NCBI RefSeq assembly: GCF_964194155.1
Contig: NC_135887.1
Location: 20,150,001-20,214,000, forward strand
DNA: 64,000 nucleotides
DNA from: Cetorhinus maximus
Lineage: Eukaryota
Direction: 5' to 3'
Part shown: piece after piece, positions 1-13,379 of the stretch
How the letters are laid out: each line of letters opens with the position of its first letter
Position numbering within the stretch: position 1 is the first letter of the stretch
Notes under the pieces: model-generated
Database searches by the model: none
What the model saw: only the letters and a program-made list of their open reading frames with translations
What the model was told of the DNA's origin: nothing
Made by a program: the position numbers and the translations under genes

Positions 1-800
1 TGATTGCACAATATTCAGCACCATCCACAACTCCTCAGATACTAAAACAGTTCATGTCCAAATGCAGCAAGACCTGGATAATATCTAGGCTTGGACTGAT
101 AAGTGGCAAGTAACATTTGTGCCATAAGTGCCTGGCAATGACCATCTCATAGAATCTAACCACTGCCCCTTGACAAGTAATGGCATTACCATTGCTGAAT
201 CCCCTATCATCCTGGGTATTACCATTGACCAGAAATTGGACTAGCCATAAATACTGTGGCTACAAGAGCAGGTCAGAAACTAAGAATCCTGTGACAAGCA
301 ACTTGTCACCTGACTCTTCCAAGCCTGTCCATCTACAAGTCAGGAGTGTGAAGGAATACTCTCCTCTTGCCTGGATGAGTGCACCTCCAACAATGCTGAA
401 GTGTGATACTGTCCAGGACACAGCCCACTCGATTGGCACACCATAAACATTCACTTTCTCCACTGCAGTGGCAGCAGTGTGCAAGATGCACTGCAAAGCT
501 CACCAAGGCCCCTTTAGACAGCACTTCCCAACCAGTGATTGCTATCATCTAAAAGGACAAGGGTAGTCGGCAGATGGGAACACCACCTGGAAATTCCCCT
601 CTGAGCCACTTGCCATCCTGACTTAGAAATATATCACTTTCACTGTCAAAATCCTAGAACTCCCTCCCTATCAGCACTGGAGTGTGCCTACACCACATGG
701 ACTGCAGCAGTTAAGGCAGCCCACTACCACCTCATGGGCAATGAGGGATGGGCAATAAAAGTTGGCCCAGCTGGTGATGTTTACATCCCAATAACTAAAA
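1..800 (+). mobile_element. 3' part of a degenerate CR1-superclade LINE (family B, GGGCAATAAA..GGCC tail)
   Basis: Broken RT C-terminus (QQDLDNI..W.DKWQVTF; QVRSVKEYSPLAWM); collinear with the copies at 25.3-26.9 kb and 60.2-61.1 kb. Confidence 0.85.
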
Positions 801-1883
801 TATTGTCAAATTGTGCCCTTTTTAGGGAGGGTACCTGACTTAGGTGATGGTCCCATGACAGCACAGTTGACTCAGCTCTGCAAACTATTCTATTAAACAA
901 CTACAGTTTGAAGCCTATTACCACCTTGCTGGCCAATTCATAATTGCCCAATACCCATGAATAAGAGAGTTGAGTACATTTAATATTGGTGAGGCTTTTA
1001 CTAATTAATAACTAATTTACTAATTCAACCTTGTCTGCATGCTACTTGAGCGGTCCTGTGAAGTGTTAAAACCTTCATTGATCACTTGCGTTGCCTTTGA
1101 GAACTGATGCTGTCGCTAAAATACAGTACTTCCCAAAATTGTATAGCAAATTAAAGTACTGATGTATTGGAAAGTTACTGCTTAATTGTACAGATTTCCT
1201 TCTGAGCAAATATAAAAGTAGGAGTTGAGCAATGCCCAGGGTGATTTTAAGAGTAGGATCAGCCTTTTCAGATCCTAGTGTATGAATTGAAAAGTTTGTT
1301 TTCTTCCCCTCTTACATGTTTCTTTTGAGGGGAGGTGATTACATAGGATTACTGGCTCTGAAGTTTGGCTTCTACAATTTGTGGTTGCACATGTGCATTT
1401 ACAGATTTCTGAAAGTGTTGAGCTGAAGCTGTTTTCCCCCATTTCCCTGCTCATCAGCATGTCATTGTGCTACCTTTGGCCTCTGGTATCAGTGAAATGG
1501 TTGTGATTGGAACTTGTTCGTAAGTATTGGGATACTTGCCACCTTGCTACTTGATTTTTTTTTCCATTTCATTCCCATTTTCATTCCCATTTTCTGTAAA
1601 GTCAAATTTGGTGTTTGAATGCACCCTTTTTAAGGGCCCCAACTTGTAATGCCAGTAAGTGAAATGCAGATTCAGTAGCTTTTTTGCCTGTATGCAAAGT
1701 TGCTAATTTTTCCTCCGGCCTAAGGGTATGAATTTGGACCATCCAATATTGATACTGCATCAATATGTAACCCTGAGATCAGAATGGGGAATTCATGTAA
1801 CTTCCTCTTTTGGGTAATCCACCCCACATTATATCCATTGACCTAGCTAAGTCCAGGACTAAGTCCAGGAATCGTGGTATTTA

Positions 1884-2070
1884 NNNNNNNNNNNNNNNNN
1901 NNNNNNNNNNNNNNNNNNNNNNNNNNNNNNNNNNNNNNNNNNNNNNNNNNNNNNNNNNNNNNNNNNNNNNNNNNNNNNNNNNNNNNNNNNNNNNNNNNNN
2001 NNNNNNNNNNNNNNNNNNNNNNNNNNNNNNNNNNNNNNNNNNNNNNNNNNNNNNNNNNNNNNNNNNNNNN
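1884..2070. other. Assembly gap (187 N)
   Basis: Run of n. Confidence 1.
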
Positions 2071-3954
2071 AACATGCACCCTTTGACAGGGTTTTGAGTG
2101 TCATCCAAAAGGTATCTTTTGTTCACTAATTAAATGACTTGCCTAAGTATGTAGCCATTAATTTTGCATGCTAGGGTTCTTAAAACAAACGACCAAGAAG
2201 ATTAATTTATAAGACCATTCATTTATTTTTACGTCAAAACAATCTTAAGTTGTTTCAACAGTTTAAATGTTTTCCAATTTTTTTCCATCCTGAAGGTTAC
2301 TCATGCTGAGCTATAGCTCTGAGCATTGGCAAGCTGCCCACTCCTTGCACATCTCTTGCTTGCCCCACTAAGCCTATGTTAGGTATCTGATATTTGTCTG
2401 ACAGCAGCACAGCTGGACTTGGATAATGCGGTGGAAATTGTGGGTTAGGACCCTTTTTCCCCCAGGCCAGAAGGCAGCTGTAGAATTTTGTCCCTCTGCA
2501 GCTGAAACCTGTAAACTTCTCAAATTGGGAATCCAAATATGGGAGCTACTGGACCTGTACGAAGCACTAGTTTTATCTAGTACCTGTTCTACATTGGTAT
2601 TTCCCACTAGCACAAATGTTTTGTGAAAAAATGAACTAACTGCCACACCCAACTTTTGTTCAATGTTTAGTTTCTTGTAACTAGGCACAGAAAAGGTGTG
2701 GCTAATGTTGCTTTTAAAGGTCGTTCAAAACAAAGTTATTTGGTCAGATCACTGATTATCAAAATGCCAACTTTCCTATAGAAATTTTATTTGTTATTAA
2801 CGATGCTGTTTTTTCTCTGAAAAGTGGAAATGCATTTTCTGGTTGGGGAGTGAAAAGGCTGTTTGTTTGGAATTTCCTCAGCTGTTAGTGAGCTCTGCAG
2901 GAATGATTAGTGTTTTTAGCTCTGCCCTGAAAATCAAGGGTGAACTTGCTGAATATCTCTTCACTTAAACCAGGCCATTAATTATTTACCTAAGGAGCTC
3001 TCCTGATTGCTTTTTTTTCTCCAAAGGAGCTTGGTTTAGCTGACGTAAACCATTAACCATAACATTATTTGGACACCCTGCAATCTTGAGGCCTCTAACT
3101 TCTAAATATCTGAATTAATTGCTCTAATGGATGTATAACAGCCCATTGTTGGAGTATGTGGATAGGCCTGGTTCCTCCATACCTAGATGCTCAACTGTTA
3201 ATTCCAGTGGTCAGTGTCCTGCTAAAAGGTGAAGACCTGGCTGTGCAAGAATACAAAAGCACCTTGGCTAGAGCATCTCTTTCAATCAATGGTATTACAG
3301 TAGCAGCTGAGTAAAAGGGAGTGTAATTGCACAGTATCTTCAGGATCAAAATCTGGGCCACAGCTGTAAAATGAACAAGTGTCCCCTGTGCTGGATTCTA
3401 CCCCCCTGCAATGATTTATTTAAGCCAAAAGCTTTCCCTAACTGGACTAGGGATACCAGTTTCGTGGCTGAGTTCAATTTTTTAAAACCAACATCTTCAA
3501 TTATACACTTATTGTGAAAATGAAGTAACAAATACAAACTTTAAGTTTGGCCCTTTCACTTGGTTTGCAAGAAACGTTTACAAAATAAAGTACCTGTCCC
3601 AACTTCAACTCTGACCCTACCAAAATGGTGTTTTCAGGTAGAAATTTGACAGCTGTTTGGAACTTGAATAGACCAGTGCCTTAAAGCCTTGTTCAGCAAC
3701 TGCTTAAGTTACCATGTGGAAACAACGAAGTACATCCATTTTGGTTTTCTTATGTCACTTGATCCCTCTATACAGTGCTGTAAAACACCAAGATATCCCA
3801 GCAGGGTTCTTATGTACACATGCTATTCTTGTACTATGATCCTGGATTAATCATCCTGATTGGCATGGCAAACCTTCACTGAGAATGGTAATGATCTCCA
3901 GTGCAGAATACTAGCCATGTTGGATGTAGGTTCTAATTCTCTCCAGGTTTCTGC

Positions 3955-4310
3955 CTTGGCTCAGTGTTAGTATTCTCAAAGCCAAGTTTATGGATCCAGG
4001 GCTCACTTGTGACTTATGATTGAGGAAATGCAGGGTTATCAGGATATGCTGTTTTTGCATGAGGCATTAAACATGACCTCAAGTGAACACAAGATACCAC
4101 AGCACTATTCAAAAATAGATTTACTAGTGTCCTGGCCAACATTATCCCTCAACCTGAAACAGATGCTCTGGTCACTTGTTTCATTACTGTTTGTAGGATC
4201 CTGCTGAGTGCAAATTAACTTCTTGCTACATTACAACAATGACTAGTTTTGCTGCAAAGTAATTTTGGGATGCCCAGAGGTTGTAAAGTGCTATACAAAT
4301 GAAAGCTCTT
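3955..4310 (+). mobile_element. Deu-domain SINE, diverged
   Basis: ttggctcagtg head; gtgtcctggccaacattatccctcaacc core; aagtgctatacaaatgaaag tail. Confidence 0.7.
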
Positions 4311-6547
4311 TGCCTCTGAACAAGTAGTCGAGAATGCTTGCACCTAGTTCCTTTATCTTATCTAAGCATCTTCATACATGATTCAAGTGATTTGAGCAGA
4401 TGATGTTAGATGCTAGGAGCAGGAAATGCAAAAGATGGCTGCTGTAAGACTTGTGTAGCTGCACAACTTAATACTGTTGCTTCATCAATGCCAATGTTCC
4501 CTCCTTTCCATACAGTTAAATTGTCTGGTGCTGTATTTGGGCTTCTGATCTCCTATAACATAGTTTGTGCTGAAACACTGCAGGGCATGGGCACAGTCAA
4601 AGGTCATTGCATTAAGTGCATAAATATTTGAAGCAAGTGGGGCAGCAGCACTGCAGGCAGAGGACAAGACAATGGGGTTACCTTGTCAAAAATGGTCTTG
4701 TGCTGTAAAATTTCTATCCTTTTCAAAGGACCACTTCTGCCACCACTGCAGCTGGCCAACAACAATGCTCTAGGCATGAGCAGCTTGCCTACCCTCAGCT
4801 GTGGTTGGTTCTTTGAAAAACAGGTCTAATACTTGTTAGATAATCTCCAACACCTATAGTCTGCTACTTTTTGCAAGTGTTCAACAGTGTTCTTCTGTTA
4901 CCTGAGAATCCTTTCAGGAATTGTCAAGTTCATGTATTGCTGTAACAGCACAATAAGCCATAAAACAAAACAATTCAAAACCAGTCTGAACAAGCTCCTA
5001 AGGAAAGCTTGATCTTGACATCTGAAATCTAATTTTGGGTGGCGGGGGGGGGGGGGGGAGACATGTACAATGCATCAAAGGAGCCTGATTCTTGAATAAT
5101 GTAGACAGATGGCAAAAACAGCATGCTGTCTGTCTTAAGATACAGGATGTCTTTGCAGGAGGAATGTGACTTAGCAATTTTGATGCGATTTGAATTTGCA
5201 CAGCAATCACTCAAGGGATGTTTTTCTACCAGCTGATTAGAGCTATGACTCGAGTGTCCACCAGGATAACTTTTCAGTATCATTAACAATGAATAATGTA
5301 GTACTCCAAATTACTATCTCTACAAAGTGACCAAGAACAGCTTTCTAAATCCATTTTAAACTTACAGAATTGCTTGCCTTGTCTAAATCCAGCTTTCCTT
5401 TTCATGTTGAATGAAACAGCCATGTTATACCAAAATGACACATATCTGAAGTGTGAATACATAGACTACATTGTGACACTGACTTGTACAGAAAAGCATG
5501 GTCAAAATGTTTCTAATCAATTGAAATTACATGCCCTGTAGTATGCCATGGTGTCTCAATTTTTTAAATAGTTTGAACTTGTGATCTGGAAGAATGCTAT
5601 ATTAATTCTCCTGAATTCATAATGTTCAGATTTAGTTGTTTTGTATTTGAACTTGTGCCATGAATATATTCTTTCCAGAAGTAGCAACTTGGAACCTCAG
5701 CATCTTAATGCCTTGTCCAGCTTATGTTCCAGCCCTTTAGACCCTTGCATAAAGTGTAGGTTGATTTAATGCCCTAAATCAAAATGGCCAGCTCTTGTAG
5801 TGAAATAGAATTGTAGCATTTGGCTCAGTGTTCTGGAATGGAGTATTGATAAAGCCAGTTGCTCAAGACTATAAGGGCATTTCAGTTACAGAATTGACTA
5901 AGCATCTGTTACTCCCAACTCCTAATCCGTTCCTACAGCTTCCCATTGCAGTTTGGAGCTCCTGCTGCACAGGTTCAGATTATGAACACTGTACATCACA
6001 CCCACTTTATCAGTCATGTCAGCAGGGTGAGTGGTCTTGTCAGTTTAAAGATTGGTAACTTTTTGAGGTATCAATTATTTTAAACCTTGGAATGTTGGAT
6101 GTTCACATCTACTCTGTAGAAGTCAACATAAATTTGATTAGATTTTTGAATTATCCCTGGTTTCCCTTAATTCATAGCCTGAGTTCTGATCACAATTGCA
6201 TAATTTATACCTGGAATTAATTCTTCAAATGTTAGTCTTGCTGGTTAGCTAACTAAAATGTTTGCAGTTTTTCATGCAGGCTTCATGCCTGATCTATATT
6301 GTAGTCTTGAGGTAATTTTTTTTCTTAAATATTGCAGTGTTCTGGTGCTTTCATTGATTCTTAATTTGAAAATCATGTCTTGAGTTTGAGGCAGCCCCTG
6401 CTCTGGCAGGCAATCAATAGTACTAAAAGGCACAACCAATTCCTGCCCATTGCATTTCACTTAAGAGCAGCAGAAGGTTGAAACTCTTTCGAGTTATCAA
6501 CAGTCACAGATTGCAACTCTTTCGAGTACAATCACAGTTCTTGGTTT

Positions 6548-6615
6548 CCGGGAGTGGGACATGAACCCACAACCTTCTGAGTCAAAGGCGAGGGTGCTAT
6601 GGACTGAGCCACAGT
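6548..6615 (-). mobile_element. Isolated tRNA-like SINE head
   Basis: Reverse strand reads tgtggctcagtcc...gaaggttgtgggttcatgtcccactcc (A and B boxes). Confidence 0.6.
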
Positions 6616-6927
6616 TGAAGTGGAACTAATTGGCAGCATACAATTAATTGGTGTACAAACATGATGCTTCTCAAAATAGAGAACCAACCAAACACTTCAA
6701 CCTTCCTTCCCTTCAACTCTTGCACACCTACATGTCCCCTTATGTACTAGTTTAGGGCAATTAGAATGAGGAAAACTCTGAAACGTGAAGTTTAGTTGGA
6801 ACCATTGAGTCCCTACTAGAACAATGGTCCTTGTTTTTGAGCGCTCAATGTTGTAGGACTTGTAATGATGAATCTTTTTTAGGGATTTGTTTTGACATCT
6901 GTCTTTGCACAGGATCCACTAGCCTAG

Positions 6928-7209
<282 letters not shown>

Positions 7210-7949
7210 TAACAATTGACTAAATTGATTAAAAGATATTGGGTGTTGGTCAGTGGGTGGCTTTTTGTCTGCTTTAGTACTGATTTGCTAGGGCAGGTAT
7301 TTGGTTCAGATGGTTTTCATTGGCTTTCAAGATTGCTAAAGATCAATGCAAATTTGTGCAGACCTGGACCATCACTCCTTGTCACTGCATTGGAATTCAA
7401 CTGGAAACGGTTTTCTTCAGCTACCTTCAATGGTGTACTATTTCACAATGCTATCTATCAATGAGTTGTTTGTACTAGGGTGGGTTTGACTTCAGCAGCG
7501 GATGGGGAAAAACCAAGTTTTTTTTGGCTATCAGGCTGACTTTTGGATTGACCATTTTTTGTGTATAGATGGTATCTTGTTAAATGGTATGTCTTATTAG
7601 CCCAATTTTGGATGAGCTATGATTGTTTCCTCTTTAAGCCAGCAGATTGGAATTCTGCAGTGATCCAAATAGGAAAATTCTGGTGTCTACCATTCTGGCC
7701 ATTGCAGTGTTCCAGCTGAGAATGTATTTGTTCAACTTCCAGTTGATAATTTTGCTGTAAAATAACTTTAATGTTGGTTTGATACCTCTGCAGCAGGCTT
7801 TAATTGAATCGATTGTTAGTGTGGGTTTTAACTTTAGATTTGGATAATTTCAATTAACTTCCAAAGACAGTTTCTTTAAATTACTAAAGTCACATTAGAA
7901 TAGACTTCTTCCCAGTGCGTGCACTTGGGTCATTAATTGTAATCTTAGG

Positions 7950-8288
7950 GAACATAACATACAAATGAGGAGCAGGGCATACAGCCCCTTGAGCTTGCTC
8001 TGCAATTGAAGGTCATGGCTGATTGTGGCCTGAACTTCTCATTCTACCTACCAGCCCCATACCTCTGATAACCTTTGATTCCCTTGTTAGTCAAGAATCT
8101 TGCTACCTCCACCTTAAAAGCTTTCATCGACCCTGCCTCTGCTGCTCTCCAGGGGCGCGCAACCCTCAATTTCTCATCACCTCCATCTTAAATAAGAGGC
8201 CTGTTACTTTTAAACTGGTGTCCTGTAGTTCCAGTCTCTTTAGAGGAAGCACCCTTTCTGTATCAACTCAGACCCTTTAAGATCTTGG
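7950..8288 (-). mobile_element. CR1 3'-end fragment
   Basis: Resembles 62820-63170 (ggagcagg...cagccccttgagcttgctctgc...tttctcatcacctcc). Confidence 0.7.
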
Positions 8289-8445
8289 GAAACATTGCTG
8301 TCCTTACCTGGTCTGGCTTATGCATGACTCCAGCTCCACACCAGTGTGATTGACACTTAAACTGCTGTTGGTTGTACCTATACCTTGAAGAGTGGGTACT
8401 AAATGCCAGCCTTGCCAGTAACACTGATGTCCTGAGAATGGAAAA
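8289..8445 (+). mobile_element. Second copy of the same SINE-like 3' part
   Basis: gtccttacctggtctggcttatgcatgactccag...aaatgccagccttgccagtaacactgatgtcc. Confidence 0.6.
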
Positions 8446-9142
8446 GCTAATTCCAGGCAAGCCTGTGCTCCCTAAAGAAGGAAAACTTGTAGATGGTGTC
8501 ATGGGGCAAACCTTGTTTGAGGCACAGCCTGTCCCACCACCTCCAGTGCCAACTTAAAACTTCTTTGTGGGGCAAAAGAGAAAATGTCATTGTTCTTTTA
8601 TCAGATTGCTCAGAGGTCTAAATGTCAGACTTTGAACCTAGCTCCCTGTTCTTCAGGTTCTTTTTTACACACTTGTGGTTAGCTCTAAAACTAGCTTTCT
8701 TACATCAGCAGTGGTGAACTTTGTACTATCACTGGATTCATTAATTCTACTTTTGTCTAGCTAAGTGTGGGGAACCAATTATATTGTGAATGCAGTGATA
8801 TGTGCAAAACCATTCCTGGTTGTAATTGTCTTGCAAAATAAACTGGGCGATAGAGGCACTTCCACACTACAGAAATTATAAGCATCGTATTAGTTTTGTA
8901 GCCTATAATAGTGCTTGTGTAACCTGGAAGCCTAAGAAATCTAAGTGTGGTCATTAAAATAAATAAAAATAAAAGCTGCATTGTGTTCAGTTGATCTTGA
9001 GCAGGTATTTTAATTTTGGACTATCACTTAATAGACTTGATAGTCCTTAACCTCCTAAATTTTCCAACCTGAATGCAAAGACTGATGGGTAAAGTCAGTT
9101 TGTGCTCACATTATCTTGGAGTTTTGACACTAAGTTTCTAAC

Positions 9143-9176
9143 AGCTGAATTATCTTAAAAGCTGAATTATCTTAAA
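9143..9176. repeat. Perfect 17-bp tandem duplication
   Basis: agctgaattatcttaaa x2. Confidence 0.9.
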
Positions 9177-9641
9177 TACACCCTTAAGAGCTGCAAAACC
9201 CATAAATACTCCTTTGAAAAGAATTAACTATTTTCTTGAATTTCTTTATGCAGGGAGTGCTGACAACATCAGGAGCTGATTTTGGAGTTACTGTTAAACT
9301 TAGATGCTTTAGCTAATTTGAGATTTCAGTAGTTCCCCTGGCTATTATCCCTGATGTCCTCTGCTTTGTCTAAATGCACAATTGTTCTAAATTTAAGTGC
9401 AAATTTAGAAGCTGAAAGATTCTTGAATACATATAGCACTTGCTAGGTACTAGTAAAATGCAGTGACTGCTTTATATTGCTTTTGTTTATATAAAGCAGT
9501 TGGAGATTTAAATCTCCAGACATTAGGCTTCAAAAGATAAACTTTTTTATATATAGCTTTTTTGGTGACACTTAATACCTGGAGTTTGTTTTACTGATTC
9601 AATTACTTTGCATTTCTTTACTGCTTTCTTTGTATAAGCAG

Positions 9642-9644
9642 ATG
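9642..9644 (+). CDS. CLTC: Predicted alternative 3-nt microexon (ATG) adding Asp: IALK-D-AGKTL
   Basis: Pyrimidine tract with TGC motifs, then aagcag|ATG|gtgagt (consensus donor). Frame-preserving phase 1/1; TGCATG sites downstream. Confidence 0.7.
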
Positions 9645-11224
9645 GTGAGTTACTTTAAATCTAGACGTTTGATTCTGGTCCAGTTTATAAAACTTTTTGG
9701 GTTTTAAGACCATCTTGCATGATATTTCAGAACTGATTCTGAAATGTTAGCTGTTGTACTGAAAGATTAAACTGTTCCTAAAGTTGCAGGACCATCTGTA
9801 TTGAATTTTAAAACCGACAAGCCTGAACATTTTTCTTTGTAAATGCCTTTATCAATATTGATTTGACAAGATGTTAAAAGCACTCTAAGCCTGAGCCAGT
9901 TGTGGTTCATTTTTCTGCCTACATGAAGGGGCAAAATCCTAAATTGATAAGACTCTAGGCCTTTTTTAATGCATGGCTGAGTTTGAAGAATTAACTGACT
10001 AAATTTGTAAACCTTTCTGGCTCCTAGCAGCTTGGGGTATAGGAAATGAATTTGGAGTCCTGGTCATGTTGGGCATCTTAAGTCTGAAATTTATCTTGTG
10101 CTGACATTTAACTAGCTACATCCCACAGCTCGACTCTTGGGCATTTTGTTTCCATAGGTCTGAATTCTGAAACTTCAGGTGGGTGAGGGAACACAAGTTG
10201 CACTTTATGAACTGGGCCAGAACAGCCATGAGCCTGAATTTTGCATTTTGAATTCTATGTAGTTTTGTGTGCAACTGGATATTTGGGATGGGAACAAGCA
10301 CTGAGCAGTTGGGTTTTTCCCCTGTACTTTCTTGTACTTTTAAATGTGTTTTATAGATCAAGGAGTTTTACAACTTCTGTCCCAACACAATTTAATGGGT
10401 TTTTCTCTTGTATTCCATTAATCAATTGTCAGGCTCAATAGGAAAAGGTTGTTGAGTCCACTAGTGTGTCCCTGTTCTGGTCCTGTTAAGTCTTGGAATG
10501 TCTATTGATAAGGCTCTGGAAATTTAGCAATTTAACACTGCAATGATCCAACCTTGTAGTGAATTGTGGATGAGCTTTAGCACAAAGAATAAAACTTCAA
10601 AATGCTGTAGAGCAAGATACTTGTATAGGGATTGTACTGTTTCCAAAAATTCTCTTGGCTATGGTCTCTCTCAATTTTTGTTACATGTGGGAAAACTTTA
10701 ATCTCATTTGAGTGCTAGTTGTAGATGTTCCCATCCTTTTGAGTGCTGTGTTGTGCTCCAGAAACGCATACAGATGAATGCTGTTTGGTCTAGACCTGCT
10801 ACCATTCACATGTAATGCAATTTTGTAAAAGGTTATCTTTTTACAAAGCATCAACAATTATAGACAGATACTGCATTGCTCTGGATGGCTTTATTATATA
10901 CCTAGTATCAAATGGACAACTAGTTAGCCCTGTGATTCTCCAGTTTCTTGACGCCAACCAATTTAACTTAATTTCTAACATTAACTTTTGCCAGTTCAGT
11001 AAGAAATGACAGATGTTTGTTTGAGGTATATAATTATCCTGGTTAAATTGTGGGACTTCAGATTCTCTACTTCTATTAATTCTCACCTTTTTGAAGGGAA
11101 ACATGCAAGTGACTTTATTGTGGCATTTGACCTTTACAGGCCTGCCAACAAAATCTGAGGGGAGGGGTATAGAGAGCTGAATAAAGATTTATGGAGCATT
11201 TTGGCAGTATCTGTTTAGTCTTAG

Positions 11225-11578
<354 letters not shown>

Positions 11579-12063
11579 TAAAGGTTTTTGCTGTATTGCT
11601 TTCTATGTGCATGTTGGCTGAAGATGCCAACTAAGTTTGTCCTGTTGCCTGTTTTGGGGTATGTGGTGGCTTGGTGTCCCCCAGTATTAAATCTCTGTCA
11701 TTTATACACATGTGCTATTAAACAATTGGTTTATTTTTATTCAATGCCTTTGCTGCACAAAGAATTCTAAGTGGCGGGGGTGAGGATGAGCAGGGAGCAC
11801 ACGGGTGACTAGCCCCAACCAGAGGGCAAATGTATAATTGGGACATTGGAAGCTGGCCTTGTGCATGCTGTTCACTGCAGAGGTAGCAAAAATACCCACC
11901 TTATTTTAGGGACTATGATTTTCTTGAGTAAATTTGCCATTAAAAGCACTTTCAGTAGCTGAGGTATTGACTTTAGGCATCCTTTTTCCAAACATATTGG
12001 AGAGGAAAGCACATGTAGGCGCTTTGAGTTCCTCTAACTTTGTAAATTTGAATCTTTGAACAG

Positions 12064-12225
12064 CAAAACCGTGTGGTGGGTGCAATGCAGCTATACTCTC
12101 TGGACAGGAAGGTATCTCAGCCAATTGAAGGGCATGCAGCAGCCTTTGCACAATTCAAGATGGAGGGCAATGCAGAGGAGTCGACTTTATTCTGCTTTGC
12201 TGTCAGGGGACAAGCTGGAGGGAAG
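12064..12225 (+). CDS. CLTC: exon 4 (162 nt)
   Basis: aacag|CAAAAC...GGAAG|gtgagc; [12 protein letters not shown]...VRGQAGGK. Confidence 0.97.
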
Positions 12226-12291
12226 GTGAGCCTGCCTTGGTATCATGTGTTCATAAGATAATACAGTTTTAACCAGTACTGGATAATTGCT

Positions 12292-12412
12292 ACAAAAACA
12301 AAAATAGTTGGAAAGACTCAACAGGTCTGGCAGCATCCGCGAAGAAGAATACAGTTAATGTTTCGAGTCCATCTTCATCAGAACTAAGGAAATATAGAAA
12401 TAAGGTGAAATA
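12292..12412 (-). mobile_element. Second copy of the Penelope-like terminal fragment
   Basis: Reverse complement matches 40380-40500, including agttCTGATGA...gactcGAAAcattaact. Confidence 0.7.
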
Positions 12413-13220
12413 ATAATTTCCCTTTTGAATTGTTTCTATTCCCCTTTTAACATGCTGGGCCTTATTGCAGGAGGGCTCCAAATCCATTAACAGCTAAGGC
12501 CACCTTGGCTTTTAGGTTTGTGTAGTTGGCAAACACCACTAGCAGAGTTTGGGGACAATACTGATAGCTAAACACTTTCTTGTCCATGCAATTCATTTTT
12601 TTGCCTTTCTCGCTGTTCCTAGTGAAGGTGCCAGTTTGATCAGTTCAGTGGTGGCCTATAACTAAGATGGAGGCCCATTATTGGTGACTTATCCCTCCCT
12701 TGCCAGTTCCAGTAACAAATTGGAGGGATCTTGAGTGGCAACATGGGCAGTTTTTCTATTCCTAGCCTAATAGTGCATTACAGCCTTCTGTGCAGATTGA
12801 ATGCATAGAACGTTTCTAGTCTGTATTTTACCCACTGAACAACTGTTTGGCCAAAGTTCATTCAAAAGTTTTGTACCAAATGGGTTTTGAGACCTAACAT
12901 TAAGACACATTAGGAAGAAAGTTGGACAGGCTTAAGTCTAAAGTAACTTGCACTGTGGCTCCACTTTGTACTTGTGTAATTATATGGCTTTGTGGTTTAG
13001 ACAGTTTTATGCAGTTTTATTCCCAACTGAACATAATGTGGAAAACTTAAACCAATTTCTTCTGAGTTAGCACTTGCCTCTGCAGCATCTAATGAATTCT
13101 AGAGAAATTAATCCAAAAATATTCTTTTATAATGCTGAGTCCAGTATTTAATGTATTATTGCTGCTTGATTCCACTACCTCTGTACACTGATTATTAAAA
13201 TATACCTTGTTTCCTTGTAG

Positions 13221-13379
<159 letters not shown>

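Noticed and set aside
1810-2126. ORFs spanning the N run; possibility that exon 1 is hidden in the gap
   Set aside because: The ORFs are artefacts of the Ns. The flanks are CpG-poor with no promoter-like character, so exon 1 is more likely upstream of the window.
5037-5058. G-rich runs as G-quadruplexes (also about 17290-17318 and 26939-26955)
   Set aside because: Simple homopolymer-like tracts with no evidence of function.
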